64,000 nt of DNA from Candidatus Pollutiaquabacter sp. (lineage in GTDB: Bacteria; Bacteroidota; Bacteroidia; AKYH767-A; 2013-40CM-41-45). The translations under genes were made by a program, and so were the position numbers. The notes under the pieces were generated by a model. The model had not been told where the DNA came from and did no database searches. It worked only from the letters and a program-made list of their open reading frames with translations. The stretch covers positions 8,427 to 72,426 of the forward strand of contig CANIAS010000005.1 of assembly GCA_947465495.1 (NCBI GenBank), in the 5' to 3' direction. Below are positions 41,801 through 50,382 of the stretch, in pieces. Positions within the stretch are counted from its first letter, which is position 1. Each line of letters opens with the position of its first letter.

Positions 41801-43895
41801 ATCCTACGCTGGCTATGAAACCGATTGCACCTTTGTTAGGCTCCAGAACAAACTTTTCACTGATGCTTTTCTGTGCTGCGTGAAAGTCTCCGGCGTAGCA
41901 ACTATTCGCAATCATCAAAGGATACCTGCCTTGATTATTGTACTCTGAAGGCTCATCGGTACTCTGGTCAAAACCAGATCCGGAGGCATGTCCAAAAAAG
42001 GTCATTACAGCAACGCCTGAATCGATTTGCGCTTGTAAAGAATCCGATTGATTGATGACAATGGGAGAGTTGGTAAATTTGAGGTAGGTTGTTACGTGGC
42101 CGCCAAATTTTGGACCTTCCATCAAACCTTCAAAATCCTGCAAGTAGGCTGCTAATTGAGCTTGTTGTTGCGGGTCGTTTCCGCCTCCGAAATGCAGCAT
42201 CTCTTTCATCCAGGGTTGAGGAGGACCGGCTTGTGCACTTTCATACTCCCGTACTTTGTCCAAATAATCAATTACATCATTGCCAGTGCGCGCGCAAATT
42301 CGTCCCACTGGAATCATTGGCTCATACAGTGATCCATTTATTCCTGAAGTGAGCAGTATGTCGGAAGTAGGAACGCCGTAGGAAGGAACAAGGCAGGCGG
42401 CAAACGAAGCTGGGTCGTTACGGAAATCAGCAGGACTGATTGATTTACCAATCAGTAGCAGATGTTGTGCCGGACCTACATTCATCCAGCTGTCCAAAAT
42501 AAAGCGACAAAAATTCTTAATGGCCATTGGATGCTTTGGGATGCCATACGAAAATTGATCCGTCAATTCATCAATATCGGCTAGAAGAGTTCTGTTGCCG
42601 GTTGTTCCGTCGCGGTAGGATTTATAGCTATTGGCTTCGCCCCAGAGTGAGCGATGGGTCACCATTAAGAACGCAGAGTCAACCGGATAGCTTTGGAAGT
42701 TATTGAAATGGCCAGGGTTGTTCGCGACATAGTCAATCTTGTTAATGGATAGGATTGGGGTAATCTGATTGATTGCCGATAGTAGACATTGCTTGGGTGT
42801 CAGTGTATTGTCGTTGGGTATAAGTGCTTGCCAGTTGCTTCCTGTACCACTAAGGAGAACTCTTCGGTGATTGGTAATGTCATACAATACCGGAGTGATT
42901 CCACCTGCATTGAAGTTCGAGATATCGATGCGTGCAAATGACTGCTGTGGCTGATCAAGTATGCTGAATTCAAAGGTATTGTTGTTTTCAAAATCAAAGG
43001 TGTGCGGATAAATTAAGGAGGAAAAGTAAAAGGAGTTCCAGTCGTTCCCGCTAGTGGATGGGGTGTAAACACCATAATTGAAAGTCGTCGTGGATGGACT
43101 TAATAAACTACTTTGAATGGGGATCGTGTATTGACGGTGTACTTGAGTGGTGTAATTATCGCGCAATGTATCGGAAGGATAACTAATCCAGATGCTATGA
43201 TTAAGATTATTGATACCACCCACGCTGGTGGTGAGTAGTGCGTCTGGGCCACTGGAATAAGCATTGGTAGTATTCAGAGCCACTGCCAAAGTGCCGCCGT
43301 TGAAATTACCGAATGCGCCACACCATCCCTCGCTTTCCGTATATTCAATTTGCTTTTCAAACATCCCCCGATTGTATCCATAGGTTTGCTGGAAAAAAGA
43401 TTCGCGCAAGCAATAGGAGGAGGGAGTATAGTTTTGGAAGGCGGTATCATTCTGTGGTATAAAGCGATTCCCATTGGAGGCGGCGCTCCAAGTCAGGAAA
43501 TAAATAGACGTGTCGCTGAAATTGCTAAAATGTGGGTTGGGCTGCCACGTTGAATCAGCATATAGTTGGGTGTCGAAACTACCGTCGTTTGGATGACCGA
43601 CGAACTCGATGAAATCATTGGCGTCAAAGCTCCCATCATTTTCTCCGTCTATGTAAATATATTGCTGTTGGCCGTTATGGAACAGTTGTATTTTTTTTGG
43701 ATCGAAATTTCCTATTGGAATTCCTGCGCTTAACAGTGTCTGTTGATCGATTCGATAGACCCCAGTTCTCCAGACTTTGATTTTAAAATATTGTTGGCTG
43801 AAGTTGATCCACTCGTTTCCATACGACTGTGCAGTAGCAGAAAGTCCGCAAAACAGAAAAGCAAGTATGACAATGATTCGCTTCATGCAAGACAT
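38826..43895 (-). CDS. C25 (gingipain-fold) peptidase-family protein, likely T9SS sortase PorU (unusually long)
   Basis: 1689 aa with a signal peptide. C25-type catalytic dyad: FFGHASGSG (His) and IANSCYAGDF (Cys). C-terminal LNYPNPFSTSTRFVFTL...KIQIMTVSGKIVREI...WDGKDEFGDQLANGLYLYRV is a T9SS C-terminal domain of the type retained by PorU. The gene starts 14 nt after the PorV-like gene. Confidence 0.6.
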   Translation of the reverse strand: MSCMKRIIVILAFLFCGLSATAQSYGNEWINFSQQYFKIKVWRTGVYRIDQQTLLSAGIPIGNFDPKKIQLFHNGQQQYIYIDGENDGSFDANDFIEFVGHPNDGSFDTQLYADSTWQPNPHFSNFSDTSIYFLTWSAASNGNRFIPQNDTAFQNYTPSSYCLRESFFQQTYGYNRGMFEKQIEYTESEGWCGAFGNFNGGTLAVALNTTNAYSSGPDALLTTSVGGINNLNHSIWISYPSDTLRDNYTTQVHRQYTIPIQSSLLSPSTTTFNYGVYTPSTSGNDWNSFYFSSLIYPHTFDFENNNTFEFSILDQPQQSFARIDISNFNAGGITPVLYDITNHRRVLLSGTGSNWQALIPNDNTLTPKQCLLSAINQITPILSINKIDYVANNPGHFNNFQSYPVDSAFLMVTHRSLWGEANSYKSYRDGTTGNRTLLADIDELTDQFSYGIPKHPMAIKNFCRFILDSWMNVGPAQHLLLIGKSISPADFRNDPASFAACLVPSYGVPTSDILLTSGINGSLYEPMIPVGRICARTGNDVIDYLDKVREYESAQAGPPQPWMKEMLHFGGGNDPQQQAQLAAYLQDFEGLMEGPKFGGHVTTYLKFTNSPIVINQSDSLQAQIDSGVAVMTFFGHASGSGFDQSTDEPSEYNNQGRYPLMIANSCYAGDFHAAQKSISEKFVLEPNKGAIGFIASVGLGVPQDLYLYSHAFFENASVTNYGASVGYLMKKTVQDIQIPNVESVKIVSQEMSLNGDPSIKINNWPKPDFAINESSIKFPSYDVTTNQDTFTVHILTRNIARATNDSFQVRIKRTFPDGSDSVYVMLRGNCYYEDDLALNLPVGGLNAAGVNLFSVQVDPADSVDELDNFLNNNASSSIFITSSDIIPVYPPRFAIYPSTTVKLKACTANPLAGVGTYLFEIDTIDLSLADSVPSMQHSPLFRTSTITDSGGVISWNMIGYPLRDSAVYYWRVANDSIRIDPANFKWQQSTFMFIRNKSGWAQSDFYQFADDGYLNIRYDTLGRRFSYVENKKNLTALTKGLPDGTQAGYNEIGYKLNNSPVEYNACNITPGVLVAVLDSTTLLPWNTCGNNFGQSNVFTVTQGSCNDPFNVIGSGTCRQRPENHFMFHYYSATEMQGMANLINAVPSGNYILVYSWYTANYSSVNPIFQNTFSGLGLDLSSLQDNVPFIMLTQKGNSNYNETIFGLSQTDTLTLSKLLSATWNEGSISSTVIGPARQWESLHWNQSPVEGSVTKDVATLNILGLNTATQRWDTLSMGISYTTSGKDTTLNWISASQYKYLRLQAVVEDDSLYTPPQMDYWRVYYEEAPECGINPNRTFSFYKNPLSEGDTLKVGIAIENIGNLPMDSLDVDFYLYNNARQRVNLATLRLDSLRVNSYLIANLRVDSTLGFSGVNSLWIEANPYNSRHQLEQAHFNNLAEVKFRIDRDQVNPILDVTFDGVHIMDQDIVSGKPAITIQLQDENRFLALNDTSKFKVYLKSPNSAASQRVYFNLVQYGQSMRFTPASLPKNSCKIEWQPNLSEDGTYTLEVEAADISNNESGKYNYKISFEVINRSTITEVLNYPNPFSTSTRFVFTLTGNQVPTYMKIQIMTVSGKIVREITQSELGNIHIGRNITEYAWDGKDEFGDQLANGLYLYRVVSSINGQEIEKRQTDAYSYFKKGWGKMYLMR

Positions 43896-43909
43896 GGATG
43901 CGTGGTTGA

Positions 43910-44980
43910 TTATTTCTTGCGCTTGGAAATTTCTAAGCGTAATGAAAAGACATTGGAATAGAGAATCTCTTGGCTACCGATGTTGGTGAGCGCGTAATCA
44001 ACGGATAGCTTGCCCAATTTCACGCCAACCCCGATGTTCGGCTGAACAATCGTGGAAGTCCCTCCGTCCACGTCTTTTACTTGTTGGATGTTTTGAATGC
44101 CTGCTCTCAGAAAAATGAATTCACTATAACCTGCTTCAAGGCCAACGTGTGGGTCAATGCTAACGACGTCCGAACTAATTGGCACATTTCGTTGACCATC
44201 GAAGGTGAAGTCTGCATTCAATTCAGCCAACAAGGAGATTTTTTTACCGAAGTACATTTTGTATCCTCCGCCGAGAATCAGTTTTGGCAGGGTGACTTCC
44301 GTTGTGTTCTGTGGGATCTCATTGCCGGTGCGACTAAACGTCTCTTCGAGTAAATCGGTGTTGTAACTCCAGGCGTTGAAGGTGCTGGTAACATCCTTGG
44401 CGGTTGCGCCGAATAACCAGTTTCCTGTAGTGTATTGGGCGCCTAAATCAAATCCGAAGCCCCAGGCTTTGCCGAAATCACCCGCTTTGCGGTGAATAAT
44501 CTTCGCATTTCCTCCAATACGTAATCCGGGGGTCGTGGTGATTTTACTATAAGAGAAAACAAAGGCATAATCTGCAATTGAAAACGAAGAGATTTTACTG
44601 TAATCGATGACTCCAGTTGCATCGATCAAGTCGAGGGTGTTTGGAATGTCATCTGTTCCAAATCGGATGATGGAAAAGCCAATCGTTCGGGAGGAGTCAA
44701 TGTGAGTGGCGAGGGTAGCATAATCGAACTTGGAAATCCCGGCGAATAATTCGGCGTGCATAGCAGCCAATTGTAGATCACCCTTGATATTGCTCAGTCC
44801 TGCCGGATTCCAAATGGCAGCGGTTGCATCTTGGTCGCTGGCAACTACAGCGCCTGACATGCCCATGGCGCGTGCGCCTACGCCAATTGAAAGGAATTCG
44901 TTGCTGTACTTTGGAGCTTGCCCTTTTACATGGCTACCAGCAACTATAAGTAAAAGAAAAAGAAGTGCGTATTTTTTCAT
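43910..44980 (-). CDS. FadL/PorV-family outer-membrane beta-barrel, likely T9SS PorV (LptO)
   Basis: Start taken at MKKYALLFLLLIVAGSHVKGQ. The N-terminal motif FLSIGVGARAMGMSGAVVASDQDATAAIWNPAGL matches the FadL/PorV signature. Size is ~357 aa. It lies immediately upstream of the PorU-like gene. Confidence 0.55.
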   Translation of the reverse strand: MKKYALLFLLLIVAGSHVKGQAPKYSNEFLSIGVGARAMGMSGAVVASDQDATAAIWNPAGLSNIKGDLQLAAMHAELFAGISKFDYATLATHIDSSRTIGFSIIRFGTDDIPNTLDLIDATGVIDYSKISSFSIADYAFVFSYSKITTTPGLRIGGNAKIIHRKAGDFGKAWGFGFDLGAQYTTGNWLFGATAKDVTSTFNAWSYNTDLLEETFSRTGNEIPQNTTEVTLPKLILGGGYKMYFGKKISLLAELNADFTFDGQRNVPISSDVVSIDPHVGLEAGYSEFIFLRAGIQNIQQVKDVDGGTSTIVQPNIGVGVKLGKLSVDYALTNIGSQEILYSNVFSLRLEISKRKK

Positions 44981-45210
44981 AAATAAGAATATCCCAATAA
45001 AACGTCCTGTGAAGGGCTTTATTATGGCTATTAACAATTTACCTATTCGTAAAGTTAAGCTCAAATTCCCGGTTATTGTGCCATTGAAATGTCCTGTTTT
45101 GAACATTTTTGAACATTTCTCAAGGTGGGAAACGGATCAGGTAGTAGGTCGTTCTCAATTAACGGGGAGGGTTGGGAAGCTATGATTCGATGCGTACTTT
45201 TGACCTGGAT

Positions 45211-45936
45211 ATGAAACGACATTTACCTAATTTTCTAACCACACTCAATTTGTGCAGTGGATGCATTGCATTGGTGCTGCTCTTTCGGGGAAATGCCGAA
45301 GGCGCTACATGGCTGGTCTTTGCGGCTACACTCTTTGACGTGCTAGATGGCATGGTAGCACGCTGGCTAGGTGTTCAGTCGCCAATCGGTAAAGAGTTAG
45401 ATTCTCTGGCTGATATGGTCACTTTTGGAGTACTTCCAGGGGTCATTTTGTTTCGGCTACTGCAACAGACGGAGTTGGAAGCATGGGTGGGGAATACGAC
45501 ACTTGCAAGCGCGGTACAGTTTTTCCCTTTTATCGTCACCGCATTTTCAGCCCTTCGACTGGCGAAGTTTAACATTGATACGCGTCAAGCTACCGGTTTC
45601 ATCGGATTGCCGACACCGGCCAATACATTATGGATTGTTTCGTTGCCTTTAATAATTCTTAAGGATCCGTACGGATGGGGAAGTTGGTTATTGCATCCGG
45701 GGGTTTTGTTGGTCATATCCGCCGTGTCGTCTTTCTTATTGGTGGCTGAAATACCGCTTTTTTCCTTCAAGTTTAGTGGATTCGACTTCGCTAAGAACCT
45801 GTATCAACTTCTTTTGATGCTCGCGGCAGCGATTTTGTTGTTCGTATTTTCTTACGCTGCGTGGCCAATGATTATAGCATTGTATGTACTTTTATCGCTC
45901 ATTAAAAACCACTTTACTGCTACTCAACAATCATGA
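45211..45936 (+). CDS. pssA: CDP-diacylglycerol--serine O-phosphatidyltransferase (CDP-alcohol phosphatidyltransferase family)
   Basis: CDP-OH-P transferase motif DVLDGMVARWLGVQSPIGKELDSLADMVTFGVLPG (D-x2-DG-x2-AR...G-x3-D-x3-D) in a multi-TM protein. Start taken at MKRHLPNFLTTLNL. Confidence 0.8.
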   Translation: MKRHLPNFLTTLNLCSGCIALVLLFRGNAEGATWLVFAATLFDVLDGMVARWLGVQSPIGKELDSLADMVTFGVLPGVILFRLLQQTELEAWVGNTTLASAVQFFPFIVTAFSALRLAKFNIDTRQATGFIGLPTPANTLWIVSLPLIILKDPYGWGSWLLHPGVLLVISAVSSFLLVAEIPLFSFKFSGFDFAKNLYQLLLMLAAAILLFVFSYAAWPMIIALYVLLSLIKNHFTATQQS

Positions 45937-46187
45937 AATTCATCGCTGAAATTGACGTTATGCCTTTGAAGGCGTTATTAGATCCTCAAGGGAAAGCCGT
46001 TACGCATGGCCTGCAGAATATGGGGCTCACAGCGATGGAGAATGTCCGAATTGGTAAGCACATTACCCTGGAAGTTGATGCTGATAGCAAAGAGAAAGCA
46101 GATGCTCAGGTGGAAGAAGCCTGCAAGAAACTACTCTCTAATCCAATCATGGAGAGTTATCAGTTTTCTTTGCAGGAAATGGCGTAA
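45933..46187 (+). CDS. purS: Phosphoribosylformylglycinamidine synthase subunit PurS
   Basis: 84 aa with the characteristic start MKFIAEIDVMPLKALLDPQGKAV and ITLEVDADSKEKADAQVEEACKKLLSNPIMESY. Its start overlaps the pssA stop by 4 nt. Confidence 0.85.
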   Translation: MKFIAEIDVMPLKALLDPQGKAVTHGLQNMGLTAMENVRIGKHITLEVDADSKEKADAQVEEACKKLLSNPIMESYQFSLQEMA

Positions 46188-46246
46188 AACGCTGTTATAG
46201 TTGAAATCAGCCAACTCAATAAAAGTTTTTTTCTAAGCAAATTAAA

Positions 46247-46275
46247 AACCCTGACGATGGAGCTTCGTCAGGGTT
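46247..46275. terminator. Perfect 10-bp stem / 9-nt loop hairpin (candidate bidirectional terminator)
   Basis: AACCCTGACG-atggagctt-CGTCAGGGTT lies 60 nt after the purS stop. On the plus strand it lacks a 3' U-tract; on the minus strand the stem is followed by TTT. Confidence 0.3.
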
Positions 46276-46465
46276 ATCACATATCAAAGCATTGTATGTT
46301 TAATGGCATAGCCACATTACATGGAAAGGTTAACTAAGACATAATGTCCCCTCAGGATAAAAGGTAACCTGTCATTTTCATTTTTTTTCTTAAAATGGAA
46401 CCCAATCAAGTTACTTGTGATTTTCCTTTAAAAAAGCTACTTTTAAGAGGCTATATTTAAAATTT

Positions 46466-47014
46466 GTGAGTAAAGACATCATAGAACAGGTTCGGTCAGG
46501 AAATGAGAAGGCCTTTTATGACCTTTATCGAACGCTTCGTATCGATTTTATCGATTGGGCTAGTTTTAGCTACGACATTAGCAGGGAGGAAGCCAAGGAT
46601 GTCTATCAAGAGACGTTCATCGTATTCTGGAATAATATCCATGATGGCAAATTGCAGGCTTTGACGTGTGACGCTAAAACCTATTTGTTCGGAATCGGCA
46701 AGCATCTAATCCTGAATTTGATGAAAAAGAATAAACGGTCGGTTACCTTTTCATCCGATGAGTGGATGAATGTGGTAGAACAGTCAACTCAAGATCATGA
46801 TGATTGTCGGCAATCGGTTGAATTGTGCCTTCAGGCATTGCCCGTTAAAGATCGTCGAATCATCGAGCTTTATTATCTGGAAGAAAAAGACATGAAGACA
46901 ATTGCTCGGGAGTTAGGGTACAAAAATAGTGATGTGGCCAAAAAACGTAAATATGAAATCTTTCGTAAGTTGACTACAGCAGTCAGGAGTAATCGTAATT
47001 TTTGGAAGGCGTAA
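46466..47014 (+). CDS. ECF-type RNA polymerase sigma-70 factor
   Basis: 182 aa. A sigma-70 region-2-like segment (FYDLYRTLRIDFIDWA...AKDVYQETFIVFW) and a region-4 helix-turn-helix (DRRIIELYYLEEKDMKTIARELGYKNSDVAKKRKYEIFRKL). The track starts on GTG, so the true start is uncertain. Confidence 0.75.
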   Translation: MSKDIIEQVRSGNEKAFYDLYRTLRIDFIDWASFSYDISREEAKDVYQETFIVFWNNIHDGKLQALTCDAKTYLFGIGKHLILNLMKKNKRSVTFSSDEWMNVVEQSTQDHDDCRQSVELCLQALPVKDRRIIELYYLEEKDMKTIARELGYKNSDVAKKRKYEIFRKLTTAVRSNRNFWKA

Positions 47015-47018
47015 AGTA

Positions 47019-47774
47019 GTGCAGGAAGAACAAACACATATCGAATGGATTGAGTCGTACCATGAAGGTCGTCTATCAGAAAGTGAGCGGACGGATTTCG
47101 AAGTGCGCCTCTTGTTCGATCTTGAGCTTCAGCAGGAAAACGATCATTACCTCAAGGTTCGTAAATCACTAGCCGATATCAAGTTGCAGCGTGTAAAAAA
47201 CCGGCTTAATGAGATGGATGCTGAAATGGATGCTGAAAAAAAATACTCATCCCAATTTCGAGTCAAATCCATTTTGAGTCTAGTGGCCATGCTTGCAGTG
47301 GTGGTAGTTTCGGCCTGGTATTTTGTCGATAAAGATTCAGGAAACACGTTGAATGCAGAGCAATTGATTCCCGATGAATTTGGAGTCCCTGTTTTGATGA
47401 GTAATAACCCTTCTGCCCGTGCTTTTGATGATGCTATGTCTGCGTTCAAATTGTCTGATTATAAACTAGCATCGCAGCTGTTTCAGGAATTGATTGCTGC
47501 TAATCCTGATAACGATACCTTGCAGTATTATCTGGCTAATTCTTTGTTGCGATCAGGCAGAATCGAATCTGCGAAAGTTCTTTTTATTCCGCTTGGTACT
47601 TCTAATTCCAAGTATGCTCCACAAAGCAGGTTCTACCTGGCGATTTCTTCATACCTGTTGAGTCAAGATCGTAGTGCGTTATTAGCCACTATGAGGCCAA
47701 TCTCACTGAATGACACGCTCCCAATGCACGAAAAAGCGAGCGAAATCGTGCAGTTGCTTACGGGTAGTCAGTAA
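47019..47774 (+). CDS. Anti-sigma-factor-like membrane protein (cytoplasmic N-domain, one TM helix, periplasmic TPR-like C-domain)
   Basis: The N-terminal segment EWIESYHEGRLSESERTDFEVRL resembles the ECF anti-sigma N-terminal helix. Central TM helix ILSLVAMLAVVVVSAWYF. The gene is 5 nt downstream of the sigma factor. Confidence 0.55.
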   Translation: MQEEQTHIEWIESYHEGRLSESERTDFEVRLLFDLELQQENDHYLKVRKSLADIKLQRVKNRLNEMDAEMDAEKKYSSQFRVKSILSLVAMLAVVVVSAWYFVDKDSGNTLNAEQLIPDEFGVPVLMSNNPSARAFDDAMSAFKLSDYKLASQLFQELIAANPDNDTLQYYLANSLLRSGRIESAKVLFIPLGTSNSKYAPQSRFYLAISSYLLSQDRSALLATMRPISLNDTLPMHEKASEIVQLLTGSQ

Positions 47775-47781
47775 TCGGCTT

Positions 47782-50340
47782 ATGAATAAATCCATAGTTT
47801 TAGTGGCGACTATCCTCTTGCTGCCAGTGTTTGGGTATGCTAATTCTGCCTATGAGAAAGCATTGTTTTTTCTCCGAGCACCTCAATATGATAGCGCCTA
47901 TCATTATCTGCAGATAGCTAATAAATCCTTATCCCCTAAATCAAGTCTTGATCAATATACTTCGTGTCTTATTCGTCTGGGTGAGATGGAAGGATTGTTT
48001 TCTGAAAGCCGTAAGGCCATGTTGCATTTAAGAGAAGCTGAAGGGATTCTCCGTAGATGGACTTTTCGTAAAGACCTTCTTGCGGACTGTTACGAACAGC
48101 TCGGACAGATTTACGAGAATATAGATGACATTGAAATAGCGTATAAATATTACTTCTCCGCACTCCGTCTAAAACTTGAACTCTATGGTGAAAACGATGC
48201 GCGTACCGGCTATGCCTATATTAAAATCACCAAATATTACAGCTTCAAACAGCTGCAGGATTCGGCCAATTTCTTTTCGCGAAAAGCACTGGCTATTTGT
48301 CTGCAAGATTCCTTGCATCAGCCACTGATTAATCTGGGTGAAGTAATGGTTGGTTATGCTTATGAATGGAAGAATTGCCAGCCTCCTGATATGTACCATC
48401 ATGACTCTTTATATCAGGCAGTACGAGAGTTCTATAAGTCAAGCATTGACTATTTGCATGCTCGTTATTCACGACCAACACTGGAGGAGGCGCGCATTTA
48501 TCAAGGCTGGGCAAATAGCTATGCAGATTACCTTGCTGGGAATTTCAAGGAATTTCCTGCCAAAGCAGCCTACAATTTCAGGCAAGCTAAACTTCTGTAT
48601 GAACAGTCGTTGAAATTGAAAATAGAATTGTTGGGTACTCGTAATCCGCAGGTGGCAACCACCTATTATACGTTGGCCTTGCTTCATCGCGACCATCCTG
48701 GTTGGGATTTTAAACGTCAATCGTTGGCGTATTATCAACAAGCTGTTTATTCCTTAACAGCAGATGCAATTCCCGACAACGATTTCACGCTTCCGAGGTT
48801 AGCTCAGGTACGATTTCCATACTACCTGAACGTGTTGATCACCAATAAAGTTGTTCTTCTGGAAGATATGTACAAGGCGACGGGCGATACGATGTATGCA
48901 CGCATAATTCACGAACATAATCGTTACCGGTTGCAACTTTGGGATCAGATCATACGCACCTTTGAAAGTTCGGAGACATCCCAGGTTATTCGAATCTGGA
49001 ATGGAACACCGTTCGAGACGGCGGTTGAATCGGCTTTCCGTATGTTTCGGCTTACTCGCGATAGTAGTTATTTGTTTGAGATTTATCCAATTGCTGAACG
49101 TGGCCGTAATAATGAGTTTTTGGAATTGGTGATTCGTTCCGGAAAATTCAATTTTAATACATCCAACAGCGAAGGCTCTGCTGTCACTTCCTTAAAGGAG
49201 TTTCAAAAAATATTAAAATCCACGGAGAGTTCATTTTTGGAGTTTATACCTGCTCCTACCAATGATCGAATCGGTTCTTATGCTCTTTACATTACTTCGG
49301 ATAACTATCGCTTAATCCGCTTGTGTTCTATGCAAAGAATCGACTCACTGGATACAGAATTGTCTGAGGCGATGCGCCTCAACGATGCCCGAAAGTATGA
49401 GGCGGCAGGTTTTGCATTATACAATGAATTGATTCATAAAACAGTTGGTGCCTTACCCGGTAAGCTGATAATTTCAACCACAGGAAGTCTGTCGTCCATT
49501 CCTTTTGAAGCACTTCCGGTTTCACTTTCAATTACTGGGATACAGGATTTTCGTCGTCTCGACTACATGATGAAATACGTTGAGGTAGGTTACGCCCTTA
49601 GTGCAACGATCCTGCGTCAGCAAGTAAACCGTAGAACAACCACCACCAGTGGCATTGTTGCTTTCTCTCCGTGTTTTTCACAGTTGTCCAATTTGCCGTT
49701 TTCCGCAAACTTAGTTCAATCGCTCTCCGAAGTATGGAAGGGAAGTTTTTATGAGGGCTCTTCGGCTTCTAAAAAAAAGTTTCTACAAGTCGCCGATCAG
49801 GCTGTTGTATTACACGTAGCGACTCATGCCGACGCGAATAAGATGTTTCCTGAGCTTTCTCCACTTTATTTTGCTGGTAACGTCGATGACAGTTTGTTGC
49901 TAGGGGAGTTGTATGGAATAAAACTTCCAAACGAACTTACTGTTGTGTCAGCCTGCGAATCAGCGCAAGGACGAATGGAATATGCCGAAGGATTGAAGAG
50001 TTTTTCCCGGGCCTTTGCTTATGCAGGGAGCAAAAGTACCATCAGCACGTTATGGAAAGTGGATGATCGAACAACAGCAGAGGTGTTACTACGTTTCTAT
50101 GGCTATCTGGGACAGGGGCAGGAGAAGAGCGCCTCGTTGCGTATGGCAAAACTGGATTACTTGAAACAGTGTCGTACTTCCGAATCGTCTAATCCTTTTT
50201 ATTGGAGCGGCTTAATATTGACCGGCGATCCATCACCAATCCGGCTGGAAAAGAAAACGGCTTGGTGGAAGTGGTACGCCGTGTCAGCTACACTGATTGT
50301 CTTGTTCGCTGTTGTTTTTTACCAGTTGCGGAAGAAGTAA
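47782..50340 (+). CDS. TPR-repeat CHAT-domain protein (caspase-like peptidase fold), secreted with a C-terminal TM anchor
   Basis: Start taken at MNKSIVLVATILLLPVFGYANSAYE (signal peptide). About 450 aa of TPR-like repeats follow. The C-terminal CHAT domain carries His in VLHVATHADAN and Cys in VVSACESAQG, then STLWKVDD...NPFYWSGLILTGDP. A terminal TM helix WYAVSATLIVLFAVVFY closes the protein. Confidence 0.75.
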   Translation: MNKSIVLVATILLLPVFGYANSAYEKALFFLRAPQYDSAYHYLQIANKSLSPKSSLDQYTSCLIRLGEMEGLFSESRKAMLHLREAEGILRRWTFRKDLLADCYEQLGQIYENIDDIEIAYKYYFSALRLKLELYGENDARTGYAYIKITKYYSFKQLQDSANFFSRKALAICLQDSLHQPLINLGEVMVGYAYEWKNCQPPDMYHHDSLYQAVREFYKSSIDYLHARYSRPTLEEARIYQGWANSYADYLAGNFKEFPAKAAYNFRQAKLLYEQSLKLKIELLGTRNPQVATTYYTLALLHRDHPGWDFKRQSLAYYQQAVYSLTADAIPDNDFTLPRLAQVRFPYYLNVLITNKVVLLEDMYKATGDTMYARIIHEHNRYRLQLWDQIIRTFESSETSQVIRIWNGTPFETAVESAFRMFRLTRDSSYLFEIYPIAERGRNNEFLELVIRSGKFNFNTSNSEGSAVTSLKEFQKILKSTESSFLEFIPAPTNDRIGSYALYITSDNYRLIRLCSMQRIDSLDTELSEAMRLNDARKYEAAGFALYNELIHKTVGALPGKLIISTTGSLSSIPFEALPVSLSITGIQDFRRLDYMMKYVEVGYALSATILRQQVNRRTTTTSGIVAFSPCFSQLSNLPFSANLVQSLSEVWKGSFYEGSSASKKKFLQVADQAVVLHVATHADANKMFPELSPLYFAGNVDDSLLLGELYGIKLPNELTVVSACESAQGRMEYAEGLKSFSRAFAYAGSKSTISTLWKVDDRTTAEVLLRFYGYLGQGQEKSASLRMAKLDYLKQCRTSESSNPFYWSGLILTGDPSPIRLEKKTAWWKWYAVSATLIVLFAVVFYQLRKK

Positions 50341-50382
50341 TTCATTCGGCAGGCCTCGGTTCTTAGTCAGTAGTCTGTTAAC

